64,000 bases of DNA, taken from assembly GCA_913055735.1 (NCBI GenBank), contig CAJXKD010000002.1, forward strand, positions 472,150 through 536,149, given 5' to 3'. Each line of letters starts with the position of its first letter. Within the stretch, counting starts at the first letter, position 1. This stretch comes from an uncultured Rhodospirillales bacterium (GTDB taxonomy: Bacteria; Pseudomonadota; Alphaproteobacteria; Rhodospirillales; UBA2165). The notes beneath the pieces were generated by a model, which saw only the letters and a program-made list of their open reading frames with translations, was not told where the DNA came from and did no database searches. Below, piece by piece: positions 17,929-27,379 of this stretch. Both the position numbers and the translations under genes were made by a program.

Positions 17929-18642
17929 ATGAAGTTCGACGACGTCCGCAAAATCGTGGAGGGCGTGCCCTATCTCGGCATCGACGAAGGGTGGGAACTC
18001 TATCACTTCGTCCTCAACCACCGGCCGGAGCGCTGTCTGGAACTTGGCCATGCGCACGGGGTGTCGTCCCTCTATATCGCCGCCGGCTTGGATGAAATCG
18101 GGGGCGGTCATTTGGACACCGTCGATTTGATCGGCTCGGCCAACCGGGACCCCAATGTGGAAACGCTTCTCGACCAGGCAGGGCTGCAATCTTATGTGTC
18201 GGTCCATCGGGAGAAAAACTCGTACACCTGGTTCCTCAAGAAACAGATCGAGCGCCAAACACGAAACGGCGCCTGCACACCTTGTTACGATTTCTGTTTC
18301 ATTGACGGACCGAAGAACTGGACCATTGACGGCTTGGCCTTCTTCCTCGTCGACAAGCTGATGCGCGAGAGGGGATGGATCCTGTTCGACGACTATAAAT
18401 GGACCCACGGCAAGCACCCCGAGCGGGAGCAGACCGACGGGATCACCATCCGCAGCTTGTCCGACGAGGAGATCAACGAGCCCCACATCGAAGCCATTTT
18501 CAGGCTGCTGGTCATGCAGCATCCTGCCTACGGCAATTTCGAGGTCCAGGACGATTGGTGGGCCTGGGCGCAGAAGACGGCGGGTGCCGGTCAGGAGCTG
18601 AAAAAGACGCGGATGGCCTATCACCTCCGCGACGATGGTTAA
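17929..18642 (+). CDS. Class I SAM-dependent methyltransferase (Methyltransf_24 / O-MTase-like)
   Basis: ATG at 17929 (MKFDDV) lies just after the upstream stop. CLELGHAHGVSSLYIAAGL resembles a SAM motif I, and FIDGPKNW follows. Confidence 0.65.
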   Translation: MKFDDVRKIVEGVPYLGIDEGWELYHFVLNHRPERCLELGHAHGVSSLYIAAGLDEIGGGHLDTVDLIGSANRDPNVETLLDQAGLQSYVSVHREKNSYTWFLKKQIERQTRNGACTPCYDFCFIDGPKNWTIDGLAFFLVDKLMRERGWILFDDYKWTHGKHPEREQTDGITIRSLSDEEINEPHIEAIFRLLVMQHPAYGNFEVQDDWWAWAQKTAGAGQELKKTRMAYHLRDDG

Positions 18643-18667
18643 GAGAAGGGCGGCGGCCAGATTTTTT

Positions 18668-18681
18668 GGCTGAATTTGGCC
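18668..18681. repeat. Copy 1 of recurrent intergenic quasi-palindrome GGCTGAAT-type (ggctgaatttggcc) preceded by a T-run
   Basis: Read directly. Lies 26 nt after the stop at 18642. Confidence 0.5.
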
Positions 18682-18748
18682 GATTTCAGAAAATTTAAAT
18701 GGTTAACGTTCTCTTGTCCCGGTGCGTGGAAAAGCACATATTTAGGGT

Positions 18749-19195
18749 ATGACATCGCCAAAGACGCCAATTACGTCATTGCCGGATAACTGCCCGGTTC
18801 CCGTTGCGCGGCCGTATTTGCGGCCGTTGCTGATCGCCTTGGGGTTCACCTGTGTGGGGCTCGGCGCGGTGGGGGTCGTCGTGCCCGGCATGCCGACGAC
18901 GGTGTTCCTGATCATGGCGGCCTGGGCCTTCGCCCGGTCTTCCCAGCGGTTCCATACCTGGCTTTATAGCCGCCCGCGTTTTGGCCCGTTGCTCATCAAC
19001 TGGGAACAACACCGGGTGATCCCGATGCGGGCCAAGGTAATCGCGGTCGGTTGTATGACGCTCAGTTTTGTCTATGTGGCGGGGTTCGTCGCCCAGGATT
19101 GGGTGCTGCCCGCGACGTTGTTGGCGGTTATGGTGCCGGCCGCTATCTATATTTTGACACGCGCAAGCCGGGTTCCCAACTCAGAGCTTGCGTAG
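18749..19195 (+). CDS. ybaN: DUF454 / YbaN family inner-membrane protein
   Basis: PGMPTTVFLIMAAWAFARSSQRFHTWL...WEQHRVIPMRAK is the characteristic YbaN-family signature. Confidence 0.75.
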   Translation: MTSPKTPITSLPDNCPVPVARPYLRPLLIALGFTCVGLGAVGVVVPGMPTTVFLIMAAWAFARSSQRFHTWLYSRPRFGPLLINWEQHRVIPMRAKVIAVGCMTLSFVYVAGFVAQDWVLPATLLAVMVPAAIYILTRASRVPNSELA

Positions 19196-20026
19196 CCACA
19201 AGCTGCTTTCCGGCGCCTTGTCTCGGCCCGGCAACTTTCCCGCAACCGATCCAGCTACCTCATCCTTGAGCCGTGTCGCCACATAGTGGCTGGCGAAGAT
19301 GATGTCATAGCCGTCACCCTGGATCAGTGTCGAAACGCCCAGTTGTTCGTTATAGCCGCGCCAATCCCAATCGGCGGGATAGTCGTCCGGCAGGAAGATA
19401 TCGTGGATGTGGACGAACACGCCCGAGGCGAGGCGGGGCAGAACCCGGTTGAACAAGTGATCGACGTCGCTGCCCGGCATCAGGATATGGCTGGAATCGA
19501 TAAACAGGAAATCGCCATCCTCCAAGCTGTCGAACTCGGCCAACGGGATGCCGTGCACCAGCTTCTTCTGAATGCTGATCGGCAGCGTTTCGATGGTTGC
19601 GCGGGGCGCCGGGTCGATAGCGGTGATCTGAGTTTTTAGTTTTCCGTCCCGAACGGCGCGAGCGAAAAACCGGGTGGAATGGCCCGATCCCACTTCGATG
19701 ATCCGCTTTGGCGTCATCCAACGGGTCATGGCATAGGCGACGGCGCCATCGAGGCCCGGGAACCAAACCTGATCCCAGCGGGGCTCCGGCGGGTTGTCCC
19801 GCCCGATGGCCAGGAGGTCTCCGCTAAGGGAGGTGAGGGAGCCGAGAACCTCTGAAAACGATGCCCGGCGGCTGGCGAAGATGGCCTCCAGAGAGTCGTA
19901 TGCCGCCCGCTTGCCGGCCGACGGCAGATCGTCGGCATGGCGGTAAGGGATAAAGAAGCCTTGCCTACGGAACCCGAGTGCGGTGGAAAGGGCCATGCGA
20001 AATGACCGCCAGCGTGGTTTGCCCAT
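19181..20026 (-). CDS. Class I SAM-dependent methyltransferase (Methyltransf_24-like)
   Basis: IIEVGSGHSTRFFARAV (motif I) and FLFIDSSHILMPGSDV. Its 3' end overlaps ybaN convergently. Confidence 0.7.
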   Translation of the reverse strand: MGKPRWRSFRMALSTALGFRRQGFFIPYRHADDLPSAGKRAAYDSLEAIFASRRASFSEVLGSLTSLSGDLLAIGRDNPPEPRWDQVWFPGLDGAVAYAMTRWMTPKRIIEVGSGHSTRFFARAVRDGKLKTQITAIDPAPRATIETLPISIQKKLVHGIPLAEFDSLEDGDFLFIDSSHILMPGSDVDHLFNRVLPRLASGVFVHIHDIFLPDDYPADWDWRGYNEQLGVSTLIQGDGYDIIFASHYVATRLKDEVAGSVAGKLPGRDKAPESSLWLRKL

Positions 20027-20155
20027 CTTGTTATAAATGTCCTCTATCGTTGGGATTTTTCCCGCTTTTTCAATGCCCTGTCCGTCCCACGGAAGCGCGC
20101 CTGATTTTTGTTGTAAAGTGTTTTCCTGGCGAAAGGAACTGATATAGTCCGCGCC

Positions 20156-21820
20156 ATGACAAAACTATCTTTATCAGGGACACCGCTCGCGCCGATCACC
20201 GAGATCGGCGCGAAGCTCAATATACCGGCAGATGCGCTCAGCCTCTATGGCGCCGAGATGGCTAAACTGTCTTGGGCGTTCATGGACGGTCTGAAAGACC
20301 GGCCGGATGGCAAACTCATTTTGGTTTCGGCGATGACGCCGACCAAATTCGGCGAAGGCAAGACGACCACCAGCGTCGGTTTATCCGACGGCCTTTCCAG
20401 ATTGGGAAAAAAGGTCGGTCTGTGCTTGCGTGAACCGAGTCTCGGGCCGGTCTTCGGCATGAAGGGCGGCGGCACCGGCGGCGGTAAGTCGACCATGGAG
20501 CCGTCGAACGAGATCAATCTCCATTTCACCGGCGACCTGCACGCCATCACGTCGGCGCACAATCTGCTCGCCGCGGTTCTCGACAACCACATCTATTGGG
20601 GCAACGAGCTCGACATCGATATCCGCCGGGATATTTGGGGCCGTTCCATGGATATGAACGAGCGCGCGCTGCGTAGCGTCGTGATGAACCTGGGGGGCGT
20701 TGCCAATGGTTATCCCCGCCAAGGCGGTTTCGACATTACCGCCGCGTCCGAGGTCATGGCCATTCTGTGTCTCGCCGAGAACATCGACGATCTGAAAACG
20801 CGCTTGGGCGATATCGTCGTCGGCCGCAATAAGGGCCGCCAGCCGGTGGCGGCGCGCGAACTCAAGACCGAAGGCGCCATGGCGGCGCTTCTCGCCGAGG
20901 CGCTGCGCCCCAATCTGGTGCAGACCGCGGAAGGCACGCCGGCTTTCGCGCACGGCGGTCCCTTCGCCAATATCGCGCACGGCTGCAACTCGGTTATCGC
21001 CACCAAGACCATGCTGAAGCTGGCCGACTATGTGGTCACGGAGGCCGGGTTCGGCGCCGATCTCGGTGCCGAGAAGTTCCTCGACATCAAATGCCGCGTT
21101 GCGGGTCTTAACCCGTCGGCGGCGGTCATCGTTGCCACCATCCGGGCGCTCAAGTCGCATGGCGGTGTCGGCATGGACGATATCGAGAAAGAAAACGTCA
21201 AGGCGGTTGAAGAAGGTTTTGCAAACCTAGCCCGTCACGGCGAAAACATGAAGAACTTCGGATTGCCCGTTGTCGTCGCGCTCAATCAGTTCGGCACCGA
21301 CACGGACGCCGAAATCGCCACGGTGAAGCGTCTCTGCGAAGCGGGCGGCCTGTCGTTCGTGCCGTGCAGCCACTTTGCCGACGGCGGCGCGGGTGCCGAA
21401 AAGCTGGCGGAGCAAGTTGTCGATCTGGTTGCGGGCGATCCGCCGCAGATTAACTATACTTACGATTTGTCGGAGAAGATCACCGACAAGATCAAGGCCA
21501 TTGCCACAAAGATCTATCGCGCAGACGGCATTGAGATCAGTCCCAATGCCGGGCGTCAGATCGCCGAATTGCAAAGCGGCGGTTGGGGCGACCTCCCGGT
21601 CTGCATGGCAAAGACCCAGTATAGCTTCTCGGCCGATCCGGGCCTGTCGGCGGCGCCGACGGGATTCACGGTGCCCATCCGCGAAGTGCGGTTGAGCGCC
21701 GGGGCGCGGTTCGTGGTTGCGATCTGCGGCGACATGATGACCATGCCCGGATTGCCGCGTAAGCCGGCGGCCGAAACCATTTCGGTCGACGATAACGGCA
21801 ACATCACGGGCGTTTTCTAA
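20156..21820 (+). CDS. fhs: Formate--tetrahydrofolate ligase
   Basis: [16 protein letters not shown]-loop, 554 aa, recognisable full-length FTHFS sequence. Confidence 0.95.
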   Translation: MTKLSLSGTPLAPITEIGAKLNIPADALSLYGAEMAKLSWAFMDGLKDRPDGKLILVSAMTPTKFGEGKTTTSVGLSDGLSRLGKKVGLCLREPSLGPVFGMKGGGTGGGKSTMEPSNEINLHFTGDLHAITSAHNLLAAVLDNHIYWGNELDIDIRRDIWGRSMDMNERALRSVVMNLGGVANGYPRQGGFDITAASEVMAILCLAENIDDLKTRLGDIVVGRNKGRQPVAARELKTEGAMAALLAEALRPNLVQTAEGTPAFAHGGPFANIAHGCNSVIATKTMLKLADYVVTEAGFGADLGAEKFLDIKCRVAGLNPSAAVIVATIRALKSHGGVGMDDIEKENVKAVEEGFANLARHGENMKNFGLPVVVALNQFGTDTDAEIATVKRLCEAGGLSFVPCSHFADGGAGAEKLAEQVVDLVAGDPPQINYTYDLSEKITDKIKAIATKIYRADGIEISPNAGRQIAELQSGGWGDLPVCMAKTQYSFSADPGLSAAPTGFTVPIREVRLSAGARFVVAICGDMMTMPGLPRKPAAETISVDDNGNITGVF

Positions 21821-21831
21821 CCCGTATTTTT

Positions 21832-21845
21832 GGCTGAATTCAGCG
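21832..21845. repeat. Copy 2 of GGCTGAAT-type quasi-palindrome (ggctgaattcagcg)
   Basis: Sits exactly between the convergent stops of fhs (21820) and nadB (21846). Preceded by tattttt. Confidence 0.5.
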
Positions 21846-23465
21846 TTACGCTTTGGCAGCCGGCGGTGTCAGCACCGTCGGCTGCGGCGTTTTGGAATCG
21901 TCGTGTTCCGGATGATCCAGATTGTAGTGGATGCCCCGGCTTTCCTTGCGCGCCATGGCCGACTGGACGATCAGATCGGCGACGACCGCCAAGTTGCGCA
22001 GTTCCAGGAGATCGTTGGTGACGGTGAAGTTGCTGTAGTACTCGTTGATTTCCGACAGCAGCAAGTCGATCCGATGTTTTGCGCGTTCCAGGCGCTTGTC
22101 GGTGCGCACGATGCCCACATAGTCCCACATGAACCGGCGCAGTTCGTCCCAGTTGTGAGTAACGACGATTTGTTCGTCCGAATCCTCGACCCAGCTTTCG
22201 TCCCAAGGCGTCAGCTCGGGCGTTTCCGGTATCGAGGTCAGCCGGTCCCGAATGTCGTCGCCGGCGGCGCTCGACATCACCACACATTCCAGTAGCGAAT
22301 TGCTGGCGACGCGGTTGGCGCCGTGCAGGCCGGTGTAGGCGGCCTCACCGACAGCGTAGAGGTTTTCGATGTCGGTGTGGCCCGACAGGTCAGTCATGAT
22401 GCCGCCGCAGGTATAATGCGCGGCGGGCACGACGGGTAGGCGATCCCGGGTCATGTCGAAGCCGAACCGCAAACAGCGTGCATAGATCATGGGGAAATGG
22501 GATTCGATGAATTCAGGCGACATGTGGGTCGTGTCCAAATAGACACAATCGATGCCGAGGCGCTTCATTTCATGGTCTATGGCGCGGGCAACGATGTCGC
22601 GCGGTGCAAGCTCGGCACGTTTGTCGAACTTGGGCATGAAACGCGTGCCGTCGGGTAGCTGCAGGGTGGCGCCTTCGCCCCGTACCGCTTCGGAAATAAG
22701 GAAGGATTTGGCCTCGGGATGGTAGAGGCAGGTCGGGTGGAACTGGGTGAATTCCATATTGGCCATCCGGCATCCCGCGCGCCACGCCATGGCAATACCG
22801 TCGCCCGTGTTGCTATCGGGGTTGCTGGTATAGAGGTAAACCTTGCTGGCGCCGCCCGTCGCAACCACGACGACACGGGCGCGGAGGGCGCGGACGCGGT
22901 TGTGCTCCTGGTCGAAGACGTAAAACCCGACGCACCGCCCGCGGCGGTTGGCTTGGTCCTCGCGGATTAGGTCGATTGCCGTGAAACGTTCGAATACCGT
23001 GATGTTGGACCGCTCCGACACCCGCTCGGCCAAGGTCATCTCGACCGCGTGACCGGTCGAGTCGGCGGAATGCACGATGCGGCGATGTGAATGGCCGCCC
23101 TCGCGCGTGAGGTGATACCGGTTCGTACCCTGGGCATCGGGTTCACGGGTGAAATCGACGCCGAGGTTGGCAAGTTGCTCGATGGCCTCGGCGCCGTGCC
23201 CGACGATAAACCGGACGGCTTTTTCGTCACACAGGCCGGCGCCCGCGATCAGCGTGTCTTCGATGTGGGAGTCGACCGTATCGCCCTCGTCGAGAACCGC
23301 GGCAATACCGCCTTGCGCCCAATTGGTGCTGCCACCCTGCAGTTCGCCTTTGGACAGGATCGCGATCCGCGTATCGGGCGAGAGGTGAAGGGCAACGGTC
23401 AGGCCGGACGCACCGCTGCCGATAATGGCGACGTCGAAATCCAGATTTTCGCTTATGGGTGCCAC
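21846..23465 (-). CDS. nadB: L-aspartate oxidase
   Basis: FAD motif DVAIIGSGASGL and succinate DH/fumarate reductase flavoprotein-like body, 539 aa, adjacent to nadC. Confidence 0.95.
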   Translation of the reverse strand: MAPISENLDFDVAIIGSGASGLTVALHLSPDTRIAILSKGELQGGSTNWAQGGIAAVLDEGDTVDSHIEDTLIAGAGLCDEKAVRFIVGHGAEAIEQLANLGVDFTREPDAQGTNRYHLTREGGHSHRRIVHSADSTGHAVEMTLAERVSERSNITVFERFTAIDLIREDQANRRGRCVGFYVFDQEHNRVRALRARVVVVATGGASKVYLYTSNPDSNTGDGIAMAWRAGCRMANMEFTQFHPTCLYHPEAKSFLISEAVRGEGATLQLPDGTRFMPKFDKRAELAPRDIVARAIDHEMKRLGIDCVYLDTTHMSPEFIESHFPMIYARCLRFGFDMTRDRLPVVPAAHYTCGGIMTDLSGHTDIENLYAVGEAAYTGLHGANRVASNSLLECVVMSSAAGDDIRDRLTSIPETPELTPWDESWVEDSDEQIVVTHNWDELRRFMWDYVGIVRTDKRLERAKHRIDLLLSEINEYYSNFTVTNDLLELRNLAVVADLIVQSAMARKESRGIHYNLDHPEHDDSKTPQPTVLTPPAAKA

Positions 23466-23477
23466 GGACCGGTTCGC

Positions 23478-24359
23478 TCAGGCCCATGACCAGTCGAGGC
23501 CGATATTGGCGGCGGCGGCGGAGTGGGTGAGGCGCCCGACGGAGACGAAATCAACGCCCGTTTCTGCGATTTCCCGGATGGTTTCCAAGGTCACGTTGCC
23601 CGACGCCTCGAGCGGCACCTTCCCGCCGACCATGGAAACTGCCTCGCGCATCTTCGCGGGCGACATGTTGTCGAGGAGAATACGTTGCGCGCCGCTGGCC
23701 AGTGCCTCCGCGACCTGATCGAGGGTATCGCATTCCACTTCAACGTTCTGCAAACCGGCGTTCAAGGCCCGGTGCACGGCTTCGGTCAGGCTTCCGGCGA
23801 CGGCAATATGGTTGTCTTTGATGAGAACGCCGTCGCTCAACCCCATGCGGTGATTGGTCGCGCCGCCCATGCGCGTCGCATATTTGGCGAGTTTGCGCAG
23901 TCCGGGGATGGTCTTGCGGGTATCCAAGAGCACCGCGCCGGTTCCGGCGATTTCATCGGCATAGATCCGCGCCAGGGTGGCAATTCCGGACAGATGCTGG
24001 ACGAAGTTTATGGCCGTTCGCTCCGCGGCAAGCAATGCTACGGCCGGCCCCCGCACGAATGCAATTTCCGCACCTTTTTGCAGCCTGTCGCCGTCGGTGG
24101 CGCGGGCTTGGAACTCGATAGCCGGGTCGAATTTCTCGAACACCATTGCCGCGACCGGGAGACCCGCGACGACCATGGGCTCGCGCGCGGCCATGACGCC
24201 CTCGAAGTTTTCACTCTTGCCGATAACGGCAAGCGACGTGATATCGCCGTCACCGACATCTTCGGCAATTGCCCGGTCGACGATCTCCTGCAGATCGGTC
24301 AAATCCAACTCGGTGGAAGCGTTTGGCGCGGCCATGTGCGAGGCTCTTCGGTGGGTCAA
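23478..24359 (-). CDS. nadC: Nicotinate-nucleotide pyrophosphorylase (carboxylating)
   Basis: Typical QPRTase sequence (LLDTRKTIPGLRKLAKYA, KDNHI, LDNM). Confidence 0.95.
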   Translation of the reverse strand: MTHRRASHMAAPNASTELDLTDLQEIVDRAIAEDVGDGDITSLAVIGKSENFEGVMAAREPMVVAGLPVAAMVFEKFDPAIEFQARATDGDRLQKGAEIAFVRGPAVALLAAERTAINFVQHLSGIATLARIYADEIAGTGAVLLDTRKTIPGLRKLAKYATRMGGATNHRMGLSDGVLIKDNHIAVAGSLTEAVHRALNAGLQNVEVECDTLDQVAEALASGAQRILLDNMSPAKMREAVSMVGGKVPLEASGNVTLETIREIAETGVDFVSVGRLTHSAAAANIGLDWSWA

Positions 24360-24530
24360 AACAGCCGCCTCGGAGGCATGAATTCGATGCCGCCCCGTTG
24401 CGGAAAATAGGCGGAAAACATGGCTGAAAATATGGTCAAGTCAAGACGTGTTGCGGTTGAGCGACGGATCGGAATTCGCCACACTGAGGCAAGACGCGGG
24501 AAATCGTCTAAGCCCGTGGGAGGAGAGAAA

Positions 24531-25694
24531 ATGGCCCTGATCGACCGCATCCGTGATCTGTCATCCGAGGTCGCCGAATGGCGTCACGCGATCCATGCGC
24601 ACCCTGAGACTGCTTTTGAAGAGACCCGGACCGCCGATCTCGTCGCCGAGAAGCTGGCCGAGTTCGGGATCGACGTGGACCGGGGGCTCGCCAAGACCGG
24701 GGTCGTCGGGACGCTGACCAACGGTGACGGCCCCGCAATCGGCCTGCGCGCCGATATGGACGCCCTCAATATGGACGAGCATACCCAGCTTGATTACCGC
24801 TCCAAGGTGCCGGGGAAAATGCATGCCTGCGGCCATGATGGGCACACCGCGATGCTGCTTGGCGCGGCCAAATATCTGGCCGAGACCCGCAACTTCAACG
24901 GTACGGTCAGGTTCATTTTCCAGCCGGCCGAGGAAATGGCAGGCGGCGGCCGCGTAATGGTGGAGGAGGGCTTGTTCGACCGGTTCCCCGTGGACAGCGT
25001 CTACGGCATGCACAACTGGCCCGGTATGCCCGCGGGTATGTTGAGTATCGGCGCGGGCCCCGGCATGGCGGCGGCGGCATCCTTCGAGATCACGGTACGA
25101 GGGAGAGGCAGCCATGCTGCGGCACCTCATCAGGGAATCGATCCGATCGTTATCGGCGCGGAGATCGTCTCGGCGCTGCAAACCATCTCAAGCCGTCTGG
25201 TCAGTCCCATCGAGCCTGTCGTTGTGTCGGTCACCCAATTCCATGCGGGTGATGCCATGAATGTCATCCCGGACACGGCGGTACTCAAGGGAACTGCCCG
25301 GTCCTTCGCGGAGAAACCAGAAGAAACCATTGCCCCGGCCATGCGGAAGATCGCCGAAGGCATCGCCCATGCACATGGCGCGGAGATCGAATTTTCCTAC
25401 GACCAGCTCTATCCCGTTCTGATCAACAATGCGCCGGAAAGCGAGATAGCTCGCGCTGTCGCCAACGACGTGGTGGGGGCGGAAAACGTCGATCCGACCT
25501 ATCCGCCGACCATGGCATCGGAGGATTTTTCGTTCATGCTGAATGCGCGTCCCGGCTGTTTCGTCCGGATCGGTTCGGGATTTTCCGATCGCGAGAGCTT
25601 CCCGCTGCACAATTCAAAGTATGAATTCAACGACGTGATTCTGCCGATCGGCGCCTCTTTTTGGGCGAAGTTGGTGGAAACAGTACTGAAATAG
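24531..25694 (+). CDS. M20 family amidohydrolase (hippurate hydrolase / N-acyl-amino-acid amidohydrolase-like)
   Basis: ATG at 24531 preceded by ggaggagag. WRHAIHAHPETAFEE, MHACGHDGH and FQPAEE motifs. Confidence 0.85.
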   Translation: MALIDRIRDLSSEVAEWRHAIHAHPETAFEETRTADLVAEKLAEFGIDVDRGLAKTGVVGTLTNGDGPAIGLRADMDALNMDEHTQLDYRSKVPGKMHACGHDGHTAMLLGAAKYLAETRNFNGTVRFIFQPAEEMAGGGRVMVEEGLFDRFPVDSVYGMHNWPGMPAGMLSIGAGPGMAAAASFEITVRGRGSHAAAPHQGIDPIVIGAEIVSALQTISSRLVSPIEPVVVSVTQFHAGDAMNVIPDTAVLKGTARSFAEKPEETIAPAMRKIAEGIAHAHGAEIEFSYDQLYPVLINNAPESEIARAVANDVVGAENVDPTYPPTMASEDFSFMLNARPGCFVRIGSGFSDRESFPLHNSKYEFNDVILPIGASFWAKLVETVLK

Positions 25695-25873
25695 ATGGAT
25701 TCTAATATTTATCCGTTTTCTAAAGAAATCAGGGGTTTTTCCAACCGATTTGCGCGAATACCAATAAGGAAAACAAGCAAAATTTACATTCGATTTACGA
25801 ATCTATCCTCCACTATGTCCATATTTCGCGAATCAATCATCGTGAAACCAGGTCATTATGTTAGGAGGACTTG

Positions 25874-26113
25874 ATGGACTTTTTGAACGTTGCGAAGAAA
25901 TGGATCGCGCAGGTGACCCAAATCTTCCTCATTCTGGTACCGCTTGCGGTTGTACTGCAGGTCCTGTTCGGTGAAACCACGCAGATGTTCGGTTCCGTCG
26001 TTCAAAATCTGATCGGCCTGATCAGTGAGTTCAGCCGGCAAGGCCTTATCGGCCTTGTGGCGCTGGGTATCGTAGCTTGGATCTTTGGGCAGGCGCACAG
26101 CTCATCCCGTTAA
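25874..26113 (+). CDS. Small (79-aa) predicted two-TM membrane protein, no family recognised
   Basis: Strong RBS (taggagga) 5 nt upstream, two hydrophobic stretches, and an intrinsic terminator follows. Preceded by a 176-nt AT-rich spacer. Confidence 0.45.
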   Translation: MDFLNVAKKWIAQVTQIFLILVPLAVVLQVLFGETTQMFGSVVQNLIGLISEFSRQGLIGLVALGIVAWIFGQAHSSSR

Positions 26114-26155
26114 GGGTTGTGTGGCTTGGTAGCACCCACTTCAGGCTAGCAGAGG

Positions 26156-26184
26156 AACCGCCGGGAGACCGGCGGTTTCTTTTT
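26156..26184 (+). terminator. Rho-independent terminator
   Basis: 9-bp stem aaccgccgg/ccggcggtt, loop gaga, followed by tcttttt. Confidence 0.65.
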
Positions 26185-26189
26185 GTACG

Positions 26190-27194
26190 CTATTTAGCAG
26201 TTGGGGGTGGGCCAAACGGCGTCATGCGGGCGTCCTCGACCTTTTTCAGTAGCTTCTTGTCCGCTTCGTCCTGATCCTCTGAGGGAAACAGGCTATCGAG
26301 GAGTTCGATAAGGTCGTCGGTCTCGAACGGCTTACCGATCATCCCATCAACTCCGACGTCTTTCGCAATTGCCCGTGCCTGTTCCTTGGTTACATGGGCG
26401 CATTCCGGCGATATGCAGACAACACGCAGCTTCTTCTTCCGGTCGCGCATGACGTCCAGCGTCTCCTTGATCCCGCCAACTTCATTCTGGCTGGCGAAAT
26501 GAAGCTCCGACACGACGACATCGAAATTGATCTTGTCGAAGCCGAGAAGGGCGTCATTGAGGTCTGATCCGACCACGGTGTAATTGCTTTCGAAAAGCAG
26601 GGCAGTAACCTCGCCCACCATTTCCGAATCTTCGGATATTAAGAGGAGGCGGTGAGGCTTCTTCTGTTTCTTGCGACTTGCATCCCGCTCGGCTTCCCGA
26701 ACCGTGCGACGGCGGTCCGTCGCAACACCGTGTTGGCGGGAAAATTCGACCGTTTCCTTGCGAAGCTTATTCGTGCGCCCGGCCATCCGTTCGAGGCGGT
26801 GAAGTTGCCGCTCGGCCTCTTCCTTGTCTTCGATGGCGTGCATCTGCTGGCTATACCCGGCGTAAAGGACGATCGGCGGGCCGAATAGGATTCCGAGGAT
26901 GATGAGCCAGTTATTGAACTTTTGCCGCTCGGCGGCGCGCAACATGTCCGCGGCACACTCGGTCCGTTCCTGGAAGGTCCCCGAACATTCCCGCAATATC
27001 CGGTAGGACACCGCATCCTCGGGCTTTTGCGAGATGCCGCCGGCCGCAATCCGATCCCATTGCATCCAGCCGGCCCCGGCGATCCATAAGAGTGCGGCCA
27101 GGAGGCACAGCCATTTAACTATCGATTTGGATCGCTCTTGCATCGCGGAAAGACGCCAATTCGCGCCGGCCTTTCTAGAAATCCGGGCCGTCAA
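26190..27194 (-). CDS. Membrane-anchored receiver-like (REC) domain protein with Glu at the phospho-acceptor position
   Basis: Two TM segments and a Lys/Arg/Glu-rich linker. C-terminal REC fold: LLLISEDSEM...FDVVVSELHF...VVCISP...GKPF. Confidence 0.7.
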   Translation of the reverse strand: MTARISRKAGANWRLSAMQERSKSIVKWLCLLAALLWIAGAGWMQWDRIAAGGISQKPEDAVSYRILRECSGTFQERTECAADMLRAAERQKFNNWLIILGILFGPPIVLYAGYSQQMHAIEDKEEAERQLHRLERMAGRTNKLRKETVEFSRQHGVATDRRRTVREAERDASRKKQKKPHRLLLISEDSEMVGEVTALLFESNYTVVGSDLNDALLGFDKINFDVVVSELHFASQNEVGGIKETLDVMRDRKKKLRVVCISPECAHVTKEQARAIAKDVGVDGMIGKPFETDDLIELLDSLFPSEDQDEADKKLLKKVEDARMTPFGPPPTAK

Positions 27195-27238
27195 AAAAAT
27201 GGTCGGCCATCAAAAATATGGGCGATCCTTCCTCAAAC

Positions 27239-27258
27239 AGATTACGAATTTGTAATCT
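27239..27258. promoter_or_regulatory. Perfect 7-bp inverted repeat AGATTAC-N6-GTAATCT in divergent intergenic region (candidate operator)
   Basis: Read directly (agattacgaatttgtaatct). Lies between the receiver-like gene start and degP. Confidence 0.3.
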
Positions 27259-27379
27259 TTCGGAAAGCTTGCCGTTAGGTGCCCCTCCTTAGATTGGCAG
27301 CCAGATGAGGCGGTGAAAGACCTTCGCGATGGCGCAGAAACCCGCCGCCCAGGCTTTCGAACAATCTTGGAGGGATGAG

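Noticed and set aside
20027-20155. ZTP (pfl) riboswitch upstream of fhs
   Set aside because: fhs is a common ZTP-regulated gene, so I looked for the conserved GGGUCGUGA...CCGGGCGGA and CCGCCUGGGC-type elements. I found no convincing match by eye. A covariance-model scan would be decisive.
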